NCBI GenBank assembly: GCA_964633905.1
Contig: CAZWIT010000003.1
Coordinates: forward strand, 67,193-131,192
DNA: 64,000 bases
DNA from: an uncultured Gammaproteobacteria bacterium
Lineage (GTDB): Bacteria > Patescibacteriota > Patescibacteriia > UBA1558 > GWA2-36-10
Reading direction: 5' to 3'
The stretch's first letter is position 1; each line of letters starts with the position of its first letter. The position numbers were made by a program, and so were the translations under genes. Of the stretch, positions 9,901 to 19,895 are shown piece by piece. The notes beneath the pieces were generated by a model. The model was not told the DNA's origin, ran no database searches, and saw only the letters and a list, made by a program, of their open reading frames with translations.

Positions 9901-10458
9901 CTAACTGTTTAGAAATTTTTCTTTTAGAAAACCTAAAAAATCATCCATTTCCTTTCTGGATTTTTCCAAAATTTCTGCTTGATTAATCATGTTTTGTTTT
10001 TCTTCTCGGCTCATATTATTATTTAATTGATTAGTTATTCTGAAGGCTCCAAAAATACCAATTGGTTCAATAACTATTCTATAAATTGAGTTTATCTCTC
10101 TATTTTTATAAAATTCCTCAAGTAAGGCTAGGATTTTTTCCTGATATTTTTCGTTGATATTTCGCCACTCTGCTTGTTTTTTTTCATCTTCTTCCCAACC
10201 CTCTGGCGCAGGAGCACATATGCCTACTCTAGGAAATAAAAATAATCTACCCTCTTCTTCGTTGGTCAAATGACCATAACAAGAGTCATCTGTTGGGAAA
10301 TCATAGGCCATAATGGTAGCAACACCATCTTTAATTCCTTCGTCAATTCCTAAACCTAAACCATCCCCTATTCCATCAACTTGCAATCGGAAGTCTTCCA
10401 GTTTTTTTTGTTTTTTATTTTTACCATCAATTTTAGGAATATTATTTTCAAAATCCAT
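9901..10458 (-). CDS. hypothetical protein
   Basis: DGLGLGIDEGI...SCYGH motif; function unknown. Confidence 0.6.
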   Translation of the reverse strand: MDFENNIPKIDGKNKKQKKLEDFRLQVDGIGDGLGLGIDEGIKDGVATIMAYDFPTDDSCYGHLTNEEEGRLFLFPRVGICAPAPEGWEEDEKKQAEWRNINEKYQEKILALLEEFYKNREINSIYRIVIEPIGIFGAFRITNQLNNNMSREEKQNMINQAEILEKSRKEMDDFLGFLKEKFLNS

Positions 10459-10469
10459 ATGTTTATATT

Positions 10470-12002
10470 TTAAAATTTAAAAATTGTTTGGGCTCGATCT
10501 GGGCCGACTGAAATAATTTCTATTTTACCGCCGGTATACTGTTCTATAAAATTTACAATCGTTTTAATTGCCTCGGGCAAAGCCTCGTAGTCTTCAATAT
10601 TAGAAATGGCGGTTTGCCAACCAGGAAATTCTCGGTAAACTGGTTCACACTGATAAAGAATTTCTGAGAATCTAGGGAAAAAATCTATTTGCTGACCAGT
10701 TTTTAATTCCTTGCCAGCATAAAAAATATCAGGGCCTAAATATTTATAAGCTATGGCTAATTTAATTTTGGCAAACTTATCTAAAACATCTACCTTAGTA
10801 AGTACCAAACTATGGCCATTGTATTGCATAGCATATTTTAAGGCCACTAAATCCAACCAACCATTACGTCGCGTCCGACCAGTAGTAGCACCATATTCAT
10901 CGCCAATTAAGCGGACTGCAATGCCTAATTTAAATTGATCATCGCCTTTAATATATTCCTCAATCTTATTTAAATGCTCTGCTTTTTCTTGATTCTTGCT
11001 AATACCCTGTGAGCAATAATCTTCACTTAACTTAGCCCCAAATTCTGTAGGAAAAGGGCCGTTGCCAACTCTGGTCATATAAAAAGCTTTAGCAATACCA
11101 AAAACATGATCCACTTGATTTTCTCTTAAAGCTGCGCCTCTGGCTAAACCGTCTATTGTACAATCTGATGAAGTTTGAAATTTAGTGGTACCAAAATCAA
11201 TGGAAAGCAAACTTCCTTGTGCGCCTTCTAGTAAAATCTTTTTCTTGGCACTTAAAGACTCTTGGACGAAATTTTCTAGATCAATAATATAATTTTTAAG
11301 TTTAAAAGCGAATTCACCTGTGTATTTTTCAACAATGGCTTCAATATCCAAAATAGTTTCCTGATTAAAATATACTCCCCCGCCTAAATGTGGATGAGCT
11401 AAAATTTCCTTGGCAACTGTTTTGTCTAAACCAGCAAGAATACTTTGTTTAGTGGCTAGATATTTAGTTAATTTATCCCGAAATAAATCTTTATTAAAGA
11501 TATCATTTAAAAATAAAGAATGCCGAGCTGTATAGTCAGTATAAAGAGGCCCAATACCGCGACCAGTTGTGCCAATTTGCTGAGCCTTATCGCCAATCCG
11601 ATCTATCAAAATATGATAAGGCAAGACTAAAGGCGCCTGATGACTAATTTTTAAATTATTAATCTCAATGCCAGCGCTTTGCAAAATATTTAGTTCATCA
11701 ATTACTGCCTGTGGATCAAAGGCGACTCCTCTGCCGATAATATTAAGCTTGCCTTTGGCATCGTGTAAAATACCAGAAGGCAAAAGATGAAAAATATGCT
11801 TTTGTCCATTTACCACTATCGTGTGTCCGGCGTTAGCACCACCAGTGCCACGGATAATAATGTCAGCCCAAGTAGCCAGCAAATCCACAAACTTACCTTT
11901 GCCCGTATCACCCCACTGGTTACAAACAACTGCTACACAATTTTTATTCTCCAAAAATTTATTTAGTAAATCTTGACGCATAATATTTTTATCAATAATC
12001 AA
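10470..12002 (-). CDS. purA: adenylosuccinate synthetase (start probably ATG at 11981)
   Basis: QWGDTGKGK, GGANAGHT, IGTTGRGIGP, EYGATTGRTRRNGWLD. Confidence 0.95.
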   Translation of the reverse strand: MIIDKNIMRQDLLNKFLENKNCVAVVCNQWGDTGKGKFVDLLATWADIIIRGTGGANAGHTIVVNGQKHIFHLLPSGILHDAKGKLNIIGRGVAFDPQAVIDELNILQSAGIEINNLKISHQAPLVLPYHILIDRIGDKAQQIGTTGRGIGPLYTDYTARHSLFLNDIFNKDLFRDKLTKYLATKQSILAGLDKTVAKEILAHPHLGGGVYFNQETILDIEAIVEKYTGEFAFKLKNYIIDLENFVQESLSAKKKILLEGAQGSLLSIDFGTTKFQTSSDCTIDGLARGAALRENQVDHVFGIAKAFYMTRVGNGPFPTEFGAKLSEDYCSQGISKNQEKAEHLNKIEEYIKGDDQFKLGIAVRLIGDEYGATTGRTRRNGWLDLVALKYAMQYNGHSLVLTKVDVLDKFAKIKLAIAYKYLGPDIFYAGKELKTGQQIDFFPRFSEILYQCEPVYREFPGWQTAISNIEDYEALPEAIKTIVNFIEQYTGGKIEIISVGPDRAQTIFKF

Positions 12003-12060
12003 CTTAAGTAGTATAACAAATAATTAAATAAAAAACAGCCCTAATTTTGCCTAAGAAACA

Positions 12061-12069
12061 TTATCCACA
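12061..12069 (+). promoter_or_regulatory. DnaA box
   Basis: Perfect TTATCCACA upstream of purA. Confidence 0.45.
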
Positions 12070-12267
12070 AGCTACCTTGGCTCTTTTTTAAGTTTGCGCT
12101 ATAATATTTAAGATGTATAAAAAAATACGACATAGTCGCTTGCATCAAAAGCCTAATACTGGGCTTTTATTTTTTAAAAATCTATTTTACATTCTCACCC
12201 GCCAGTAGCGGGTTATTTTTTAATTTTTTATTAAAGTCACATAAACCCAAACAAAGGAGCTAAAGTC

Positions 12268-12483
12268 GTGAAACAAGTCGTTCTTTTCACTCGCCAAGTA
12301 ACTTTAGGTAATTTTATCTTTAAAGCCGGCCAAAGCTATACCTTTATCATTATCCGTCGACGCCGCAACCAGTGGCTCTGCTACCAAGGAAATCTACTGA
12401 TTACTCTCAGCTATTTCGCTACTATGTTTACTGATCAAAAATATGCCCAGTGGATCGACGATGACAATGCTCAAGTTGCCTAA
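12268..12483 (+). CDS. SD-led orphan small protein (71 aa)
   Basis: AAGGAG 8 nt before GTG; terminator caggcc..ggcctg downstream. Confidence 0.65.
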   Translation: MKQVVLFTRQVTLGNFIFKAGQSYTFIIIRRRRNQWLCYQGNLLITLSYFATMFTDQKYAQWIDDDNAQVA

Positions 12484-12521
12484 AGCACCACAGGCCACCA
12501 AATTCGGCGGCCTGTTTTCTA

Positions 12522-12719
12522 TTAATACAACCCCGAAGCAGTTAAGGCGCTCCAAAGACTAGGGAAGACAAAAATCAAGCTTAATAAAGGTAGCACAAAA
12601 AACACTAAACTTAAAATAAAAGTCCACATAAAATACTTACGCATCTTTTCAACTGACTTATACATTAAATCTATTTTAATTTCTTGTTCTTGAAGCTTTT
12701 TTAAAATTTCTGGATCCAT
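12522..12719 (-). CDS. small membrane protein
   Basis: KIDLMYKSVEKMRKYF followed by a TM segment. Confidence 0.7.
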   Translation of the reverse strand: MDPEILKKLQEQEIKIDLMYKSVEKMRKYFMWTFILSLVFFVLPLLSLIFVFPSLWSALTASGLY

Positions 12720-12729
12720 TTTTTTACTA

Positions 12730-13125
12730 TTATATTTTTAAAATAAAATCAAAGACAATACCTATCAACAAAGCCAGCCCAGAGGAAATAAAAATAACAT
12801 AATTATTCCACTTTTCTTTGGAAGTAACTAGAGTTTCCAAAATATAAGCTAAAGCCTGATGATCTGATTCATTTAAATTTTCAGGATGATCAAGCTTTTC
12901 CCGTAAACGATGCTCCACAATGACACGGGAACGTTTTTTGGCAATATCAAAACGATGAATATAATAAATGATAAAGCAGATTGTGCCTAAATACCAAGAA
13001 AATTTAACCCAAATATTACTATAAAAATTTAATACTATAATAGCTCGATAAGCTAGAGTAGCAGTAATCCCAATCCAAAAATAAAGGAGCCTAACTGCTT
13101 TAGAATGTGTTTTTAAATTTTCCAT
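12730..13125 (-). CDS. hypothetical membrane protein
   Basis: ORF with 3 TM segments. Confidence 0.65.
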   Translation of the reverse strand: MENLKTHSKAVRLLYFWIGITATLAYRAIIVLNFYSNIWVKFSWYLGTICFIIYYIHRFDIAKKRSRVIVEHRLREKLDHPENLNESDHQALAYILETLVTSKEKWNNYVIFISSGLALLIGIVFDFILKI

Positions 13126-13224
13126 ATATAAATAATTTTAAATTAATTAGTCTGCTATAAGTATATCAAAAAACCACTCCTTTGGGGAATGATTTTACTA
13201 AGATAATAAATACCAATATAATCT

Positions 13225-13341
13225 TTATTTATGCTTTTTTTTAGCCTTAGCTTCAAGCATTAATCTCTTTATTTCTAATCTCTTTTTAGTTTTATGAGAA
13301 TGTGATTTTTTCCTTGGACCAACTGAAAGTCTTTTTGCCAT
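13225..13341 (-). CDS. very basic 38-aa microprotein (absent from ORF track)
   Basis: MAKRLSVGPRKKSHSHKTKKRLEIKRLMLEAKAKKKHK; TATAAT upstream, hairpin downstream. Confidence 0.65.
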   Translation of the reverse strand: MAKRLSVGPRKKSHSHKTKKRLEIKRLMLEAKAKKKHK

Positions 13342-13470
13342 ATAGATATATTAATTAATATCCGTTATTATAACTTATTTTTAGAATAAAATCAATACTA
13401 AATTAAAATTAAGCAAAAAAACTAATTCTAGAAGCAACGCTGATAACTGCTATTAAAAATAATTATAAAA

Positions 13471-14250
13471 TTAATCACGATCACCTTCGTTATTATCACT
13501 GCGACCTGATCTTCTTTCTTCAACTTTCTGTTTTGAGCGCTCATTTCTTTTTTTACCATTATCTCGCATTTCCTGTTTGACCTCCCTTTCTAGTTCCTCA
13601 TTATATTGGCGAATTTTTTCTTTTGCCTCATCAACCTTAGCTGACACTTTTTGATCTTCATCTTTGGTAATCTCTTCAATATGCTCCAAATATTTAATCA
13701 TTTCTTCATTTTGTTGCTTAATTTTTTGCTTAGCTTCTTTGGCTTTATCTTTATTTTCTATTTTTTTAGAAGTTTTGACAGCTGAATCAACATTATCTAC
13801 AGCTGCATTAATAGTCTCCTGGATATTATTACTAATCACTGCGCTATCTTGATTAACTTTATTTTCGATATTATCTTGAGCTAAATTAATAGCCTCTTTT
13901 AAGCGACGTTCTGATAATTTATTCAAAGTATCGACTTGCGATTTTTTAGTAAAGGATAATTGTTGCTCAACATTTTCAATTGTTTTCTTTAAGGGGTAAA
14001 AAGTGTCCCCAGTAGTAATATGATCATTACTAGCAGCATAAACAGCTGTGCTACCCAATACTACCAATATCAATAGGGACACGTAAGAAATCCTAGCTAG
14101 TAGAGAGTGCGGGTGAAAAAGTGCCTGCTTTGATTTTTGTAATCTGCTTAAAAATAAAAAACGATAGATTTTAAATTTAATTTTAAAATCAGCCTGACGA
14201 CTTAATTTGGCTTTGGGTAGATTAAATAAATCTTTTTCTAAATTATCCAT
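13471..14250 (-). CDS. putative anti-sigma factor (DUF5667-like)
   Basis: TM then GDTFYPLKKTIE...SERRLKEA; overlaps the sigma stop. Confidence 0.75.
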   Translation of the reverse strand: MDNLEKDLFNLPKAKLSRQADFKIKFKIYRFLFLSRLQKSKQALFHPHSLLARISYVSLLILVVLGSTAVYAASNDHITTGDTFYPLKKTIENVEQQLSFTKKSQVDTLNKLSERRLKEAINLAQDNIENKVNQDSAVISNNIQETINAAVDNVDSAVKTSKKIENKDKAKEAKQKIKQQNEEMIKYLEHIEEITKDEDQKVSAKVDEAKEKIRQYNEELEREVKQEMRDNGKKRNERSKQKVEERRSGRSDNNEGDRD

Positions 14251-14740
14251 ATTTTTTATCTAACATTGATCTTAATTTGGCTAAACTACGACTCATTTTA
14301 GTACGAATTGCACCTTCTTCTTTGGCTAGTAGTTGTGCTATTTCTGAATTAGAGAGCTCATCTACAAAACGTAAAAGCAATATTTCCCTGTCACTCTGCT
14401 CCATTTGATTTATAATCTTCATTACTAGCTCTAACTCATAATTTATCTCTACCTTATGAGTATCCACTTGCGTGAGATACTGTTCTTCAAATAATTGAGT
14501 TTCTCTACCAGCAATGCGATAATGATTAACTAGATGATTATGAGCGATAGCAAATATCCATGACTGAAAAGACTTAGTTTCATCAAAACTATCAAAATTT
14601 TTTAAAGCTTTCAAAAATACCTCCGAAGTTAAGTCTTCAGCCAATTCACGGTTAAAATTTACTCTATACAAAAAATAAACAAAAATCTTATTCTTAAATT
14701 TGTCATAATAGCCTAAAAAATTGTCTTTATGATCACTCAT
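14243..14740 (-). CDS. ECF RNA polymerase sigma factor
   Basis: AEDLTSEVFLKA, FQSWIFAIAHN, SNSEIAQLL; ATG at 14740 follows the promoter. Confidence 0.92.
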   Translation of the reverse strand: MSDHKDNFLGYYDKFKNKIFVYFLYRVNFNRELAEDLTSEVFLKALKNFDSFDETKSFQSWIFAIAHNHLVNHYRIAGRETQLFEEQYLTQVDTHKVEINYELELVMKIINQMEQSDREILLLRFVDELSNSEIAQLLAKEEGAIRTKMSRSLAKLRSMLDKKYG

Positions 14741-14746
14741 AATAAT

Positions 14747-14868
14747 ATACAAACATTTGGCAATAATGTGTCAGCGATAAAGGCTATTATAGCAAAATGC
14801 CTTATTTTGTCTACTAATAATATACACTAAAATGGACTATTTGTAACAAAATTTAGCTTGCTTTGTAT
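14747..14868. promoter_or_regulatory. divergent ECF promoters TG(AC/TA)ACA-N13-TTTGTAT
   Basis: Minus copy 14747-14773 before sigma; plus copy 14842-14868 before the b5/Fn3 gene. Confidence 0.6.
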
Positions 14869-14907
14869 TAATTTTATAGACAAGCTAATTATTAAAAACA
14901 AAAGCTT

Positions 14908-16215
14908 ATGAAAAAAATATCAACTATATTAACAATCTTAAGTATATCAATACTTTCGATATTTTTGAGCAATAGCGCCAAAGCTAGCAGCTATACCCTT
15001 AGCCAGGTACAAAGCCATAACACGAGCACAGACTGTTGGACAATAGTAAATAACAAAGTCTACAATCTAACTAATTTTATTGCTCTGCACCCAGGCGGAT
15101 CTAGCGCTATTATCTCTTTATGTGGTACTGACGGCACAGCTGCTTTCACTACTCAACATTCAGGCAATACTACTGCTAATAATACTTTAGCTGATTTTTA
15201 TATTGGTGATCTAGCAGACACCACTATACCAACAACGCCTACTAATTTAAGCGCTACTCCCGTATCAGCTTCTCAAATAAACTTAAGCTGGTCAACTTCA
15301 ACTGATAATATTGCTGTTACTGGCTATGCTATTTTTAGAGATGGCTCTGAACTAGCCACTACCACTAATAATAATTTTAGTAATACCGGCTTAAACGCTT
15401 CTACCACTTATAGCTATACCGTCAAAGCTTTTGATGCGGCTGGTAATCGATCGGCTAGCTCTACTGCCGTGAGTGCTACTACTTTTGCTAGCTCTAGTGA
15501 TACAACTGCACCATCAACTCCAACTAATTTAAATGCTAATGTAATTTCCGCTACTCAAATAAACCTAAACTGGTCTACTTCGACTGATAATATTGCTGTT
15601 ACTGGTTATGCTGTTTTCCGTAATGGCACTGAAATTGCTAGTGTAACAACTAATAGCTTTAATAACGTTGGTCTAAGTGCATCCACAACTTATAGCTATA
15701 CTGTCAAAGCTTTTGATGCGGCTGGTAATCGATCCAATAATTCGAATACTGTTTCGGCCACTACTTTGTCCGCCCCCAGTAATGGCGATACTATTGCCCC
15801 TAGTGCCCCCACAAAATTAAAAGCCCATGTTGTTTCTTACCAACACGTTAATCTAAAATGGAAAAAATCTAAAGACAATGTCAAAGTAAAGGGTTACGCC
15901 ATATTTATGAATGGAAAACAAATTGCTACTGTAAAAAAAGACCATTATAACGTTATTCGTTTAACACCTGGCACTAACTACAGCTTTACCATCAGAGCCT
16001 TTGATGCGGCTGGCAATATGTCTGCTGACTCTAACACTATCACTGTTACTACCAAAATTAAAAAAGTAAAAGAAGTAAAGCTAGAGCACCGAGATTCTGA
16101 TGATAATCGTAATGAAAAAATATCAAAAATAAATGAATTAAAAAATAAAATTAATAATCAACTATCAAATATGAAAGTTGATCAAAAGAAAGACAAAAAA
16201 TCAAATAAAAAATAA
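14908..16215 (+). CDS. secreted cytochrome b5-like domain plus 3 fibronectin type III repeats
   Basis: Signal peptide; HPGG b5 motif; three DTxxP..NL..W..S.DN..V.GY..AFDAAGN repeats. Confidence 0.9.
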   Translation: MKKISTILTILSISILSIFLSNSAKASSYTLSQVQSHNTSTDCWTIVNNKVYNLTNFIALHPGGSSAIISLCGTDGTAAFTTQHSGNTTANNTLADFYIGDLADTTIPTTPTNLSATPVSASQINLSWSTSTDNIAVTGYAIFRDGSELATTTNNNFSNTGLNASTTYSYTVKAFDAAGNRSASSTAVSATTFASSSDTTAPSTPTNLNANVISATQINLNWSTSTDNIAVTGYAVFRNGTEIASVTTNSFNNVGLSASTTYSYTVKAFDAAGNRSNNSNTVSATTLSAPSNGDTIAPSAPTKLKAHVVSYQHVNLKWKKSKDNVKVKGYAIFMNGKQIATVKKDHYNVIRLTPGTNYSFTIRAFDAAGNMSADSNTITVTTKIKKVKEVKLEHRDSDDNRNEKISKINELKNKINNQLSNMKVDQKKDKKSNKK

Positions 16216-16286
16216 AACTTAATATTACTCAAACTTATCCCCTAAAAAATCTCTCCTATTAAGGAGAGATTTTTATAAATTAAAAA

Positions 16287-16532
16287 TTAAAACCAACCAC
16301 TTTTATCAGCTGCTCTTTTATAGAGCCAATAATTATTATCTGTTTTATACAATAAAGTATAATTCTGCCCTTTGGCATCTTCGAATTCAGCTGAGCCTCT
16401 TGCTTTGGCTTGATCAAAAAAAACTTTAGCTTCTTTTTCCTGAATATCATATTCTAAATAATTAATGCCTGCTTCGGCATCATCCTCGTAAAATACCTTA
16501 TATCCGTCTAATTCTTTATTTTTCATAGACAT
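16287..16532 (-). CDS. hypothetical protein
   Basis: 81-aa ORF with promoter and terminator. Confidence 0.6.
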   Translation of the reverse strand: MSMKNKELDGYKVFYEDDAEAGINYLEYDIQEKEAKVFFDQAKARGSAEFEDAKGQNYTLLYKTDNNYWLYKRAADKSGWF

Positions 16533-16702
16533 AATATTAATAATTTAATATAGCAAATTAATTATACCAAAAAAACGCTTGCTTGCAGATAATACCTAGA
16601 TAGCCTCCTACCCTACTCAAAATCCAAGCAATAGTGTAAAATACAAAATACTAAAATTGAATAGTCCTTTATTCAATAAAGAATATTAATAATATTATAT
16701 AT

Positions 16703-18049
16703 ATGGAAGAAAATAATTTAATCAGCAAACCAATTCCTGCCTTGATTAGGCAAATTGCAATCCCTGCCAGCATTGGCTTCTTTTTTAATACCATGTATAA
16801 CGTGGTAGACACCTACTATGGCTCCATGATATCAACTCAAGCTGTAGCTGCTATGTCTTTATCCTTCCCTGTATTTTTTGTGATTATCGCTATTGGTTCA
16901 GGAATTTCTACTGGCGCCAGCGCTTTAATTTCTCATGCCCTAGGAGCTGGACAAAGAGAAGAAGCTAAAAAATATTTGAGTCAATCTATTTTATTTACCA
17001 TTGCTTTATCAATTATTCTAACTATTTTAGGTTGGTTAAGCGGCCCTTGGTTATTTACTCTATTAGGTGCTTCTGGCGAATATTTACAAATGGCCTTAAG
17101 CTATACCAATGTAATATTTGGCGGCGTTATTTTATTTGCTTTATCTTTTGTACTCAATGCTAGTCTCACTTCTCAGGGTGATACCAAAACTTTTCGTAAT
17201 TTTTTAATTTTTGGATTTTTCTTAAACTTACTTTTAGATCCTTGGTTTATGTTTGGTGGCTTTGGTATACCAAGCCTAGGTTTAGCTGGTTTAGCTTGGG
17301 CTACCTTATTTGTCCAATTATGCAGTGTGTCTTATATGGCCTACAAATCTATTAAAAGTGGCATTTTATGCAAAAACTGCTGGCACATGTTTAAGCCTGA
17401 AAAAAAATATCTATTTGACATAAGCAAGCAAGCATTTCCCGCTTCTCTTAACATGATGACTATGGCTTTGGGAATTTTTATTATCACTTATTTTATTTCC
17501 TCATTTGGCAAAACAGCCGTAGCTGCCTACGGAATTGCCACCAGAATTGATCAAATATTTCTACTACCAACCATTGGCTTGAATATAGCCAGTCTTACCT
17601 TGATTGGACAAAATAATGGTGCTAAAAAATACGACCGCGTCCAATTGGCATATAAAACAAATTTAAAATATGGCTTTTGGACAGTTTTAATAGGTATGAT
17701 TTTAGTATTATTATTGCCCAAATATTTAATGCAATTTTTTTCAAATGACAGCGAAGTAATTAATACCGGCGTTACTTATTTAAAAATTTCGGCTATCACC
17801 TATTTTACCTATATGATCTTGTCTATCTCTGTGTCTGCTTTACAAGGATTAAAAAAACCAAACTATGCGGTTTGGATTGGCCTGTATCGCCAACTCATTG
17901 CTCCTAGCATGATATTTTGGCTTTTAGCTAAAGAGCTAGGCTGGGGCTTAAATGGTATTTGGTGGGGTATATTTATAATCAATTGGTCAGCAGCGATTTT
18001 TACTTTTTTCTACACCAAACACTACTTAAAACACAAAATTAATTCCTAA
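16703..18049 (+). CDS. MATE family efflux transporter
   Basis: NTMYNVVDT, GDTKT, AVAAYGIA; 12 TM. Confidence 0.92.
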   Translation: MEENNLISKPIPALIRQIAIPASIGFFFNTMYNVVDTYYGSMISTQAVAAMSLSFPVFFVIIAIGSGISTGASALISHALGAGQREEAKKYLSQSILFTIALSIILTILGWLSGPWLFTLLGASGEYLQMALSYTNVIFGGVILFALSFVLNASLTSQGDTKTFRNFLIFGFFLNLLLDPWFMFGGFGIPSLGLAGLAWATLFVQLCSVSYMAYKSIKSGILCKNCWHMFKPEKKYLFDISKQAFPASLNMMTMALGIFIITYFISSFGKTAVAAYGIATRIDQIFLLPTIGLNIASLTLIGQNNGAKKYDRVQLAYKTNLKYGFWTVLIGMILVLLLPKYLMQFFSNDSEVINTGVTYLKISAITYFTYMILSISVSALQGLKKPNYAVWIGLYRQLIAPSMIFWLLAKELGWGLNGIWWGIFIINWSAAIFTFFYTKHYLKHKINS

Positions 18050-18171
18050 AATATCTAAACAAAAACAGCCTCAAATTATTACCAGGCTGTTTTTGTTAAT
18101 TGTTAATCAAGGATAAATAATCTACATCTGCAAAAAGACCATTAGTTTATAAACTAAGTAGACATCAGTTA

Positions 18172-18603
18172 CTACCCCTTAAATTTTTTGCTAAACCAAA
18201 TAATATAAAATATAAACCCCCCAAAGCTAATAAAACGCGCCCAAGGCAGATCATAGATAGTTGATATAGCTAAAAAAACAAATATTAATAATCCCCCTAA
18301 AATTATTAAAAAAACGGATTTAGTATCTCCATCCCTATATTTTTTACTTAACATCTTGTTAATTTTAGGAAAAAATAAAAAATAAAAAATACTACCTATT
18401 AATCCCACAAAAAATAAAACGATACCCAATATACCTAGAAACCCCTCCCTGTCTGAACCTAATAAAATTCCTAAACCTACTATTAAAAAAATAGGCCCAA
18501 ATATTATTGGCAATAGATTATACAAAAACAACATAAACCAAGGAATATTTCTTCTATTCCCTTGTTCAATAATTTCTTCAATATTTTGTTCCATAATATT
18601 CAA
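18172..18603 (-). CDS. hypothetical 4-TM protein (array cargo)
   Basis: Hydrophobic ORF. Confidence 0.65.
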   Translation of the reverse strand: MNIMEQNIEEIIEQGNRRNIPWFMLFLYNLLPIIFGPIFLIVGLGILLGSDREGFLGILGIVLFFVGLIGSIFYFLFFPKINKMLSKKYRDGDTKSVFLIILGGLLIFVFLAISTIYDLPWARFISFGGFIFYIIWFSKKFKG

Positions 18604-18620
18604 TTTAATAATACCTCTAT

Positions 18621-18715
18621 TATATCAAAAAACCACCCATTCGAATATACTCAGGGTGATTTTCTGTTGGGATCCTCTGTGGGATGAATTCCGAACCCTA
18701 GATTGGAATAAATTA
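18621..18715. repeat. cassette junction repeat J1
   Basis: tatatcaaaaaacca..gattttctgttgggatcctctgtgggatgaattccgaacc, similar to 23408-23474. Confidence 0.85.
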
Positions 18716-18744
18716 TAATATAATATTCCTATATTAATTAAAAA

Positions 18745-19746
18745 TTAGGGTAAATCTATTTCTAAAACTTCTGAAAATTTCTTCTCCGCTTCTCCAGGCG
18801 TACCATCCTCATACTTTTCTATTATTCTACCCTCTAATATCAGTCTTCTATCTTCTGTTATTTCTTTTATTCTGTAGTCTATCTTCTCATTATCTACCAA
18901 AATGATTTCTTTATTATCACTAATTCGTTTAAATACAGCCTTACCAAAAACAAATATATTGCCTGGAGCTGGGGGGTCTATGGGGTAATATGATTTAGTT
19001 GATTCTAAATAAACAACACTATCTCCATTATCTGTAAAAACTGCTTTAGCAGTTGCTAGATCTAAAATTTCTTTAGTTTGTACATTCAGAGTGGCATAAT
19101 AATGCCATAGAATAGTGCCTGGATTCCATTGAAATGCATAATACTGCCCTTCTATAACTAAATCAGTGCCTGAAATTGACTCTAAAATAATCAAATTATT
19201 ATCATTTGACCATTTAACTGGTAAGTGAATGCCCCAACCACCATTCCAGCCAGCTTTAGAAGTTGACACAATTTTATTTAAAAACTTTTGAAAAAATGAT
19301 AAATCATCATCAGGTTTATTATCAAATACGGTTTCCACTAACCCCGTCTCTAAATCTTTAATTTTTATTTTATAATGTAACGAACATTCTTCTTCACAAG
19401 ACGGATGTCTAGTATATTTATTCAATTCTGCATAAGCTAATTTTTTACCATCATTTGATAATACAGAATTAATAAATATGTAACCATCTTCTAAAACTAC
19501 TTCCTCTTTTTTGTCGTCAAACCTAAACTCATCTGGTAATTCTTTTAAAGTGATTTCCTCTGTTTTTGTGCCTTCTGTTATTCCTTCATTATCTTTAATT
19601 AAGCTATATAAATTATTTATAGTATTTTGCTTATCTATCTCCTGCCAGACAAAAACTCCTACTATAAATATGGAGCCAATTATAGCGGTAATAAATATAG
19701 CCACAATGACATCAGAAAATCCTTTTTGATTTTTAAATACTTTCAT
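18745..19746 (-). CDS. surface protein with pilin-like N-terminus and probable beta-propeller
   Basis: NQKGF followed by TM; LSNDGKKLAY, WSNDNN. Confidence 0.6.
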   Translation of the reverse strand: MKVFKNQKGFSDVIVAIFITAIIGSIFIVGVFVWQEIDKQNTINNLYSLIKDNEGITEGTKTEEITLKELPDEFRFDDKKEEVVLEDGYIFINSVLSNDGKKLAYAELNKYTRHPSCEEECSLHYKIKIKDLETGLVETVFDNKPDDDLSFFQKFLNKIVSTSKAGWNGGWGIHLPVKWSNDNNLIILESISGTDLVIEGQYYAFQWNPGTILWHYYATLNVQTKEILDLATAKAVFTDNGDSVVYLESTKSYYPIDPPAPGNIFVFGKAVFKRISDNKEIILVDNEKIDYRIKEITEDRRLILEGRIIEKYEDGTPGEAEKKFSEVLEIDLP

Positions 19747-19773
19747 AATTTTATTTAAATTTTATAACTTCAT

Positions 19774-19881
19774 TATATCAAAAAACCCCGCCAGAGGCGA
19801 GGTAAACATTCCAAGAGGAATGATTATTTGAACCGTCTCGACCCGCAAGACTCGCCGATGCGAGGCGGGTGGGATCCTCTG
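19774..19881. repeat. cassette junction repeat J2 (degenerate, with palindrome inserts)
   Basis: tatatcaaaaaacc...cattccaagaggaatgatt...gtgggatcctctg. Confidence 0.7.
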
Positions 19882-19895
19882 CAAGAAATTTTTTA

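Noticed and set aside
12061-12069. Replication origin
   Set aside because: Only one DnaA box; no box cluster or dnaA gene nearby
15215-15770. Long direct DNA repeats
   Set aside because: Explained by tandem Fn3 domains
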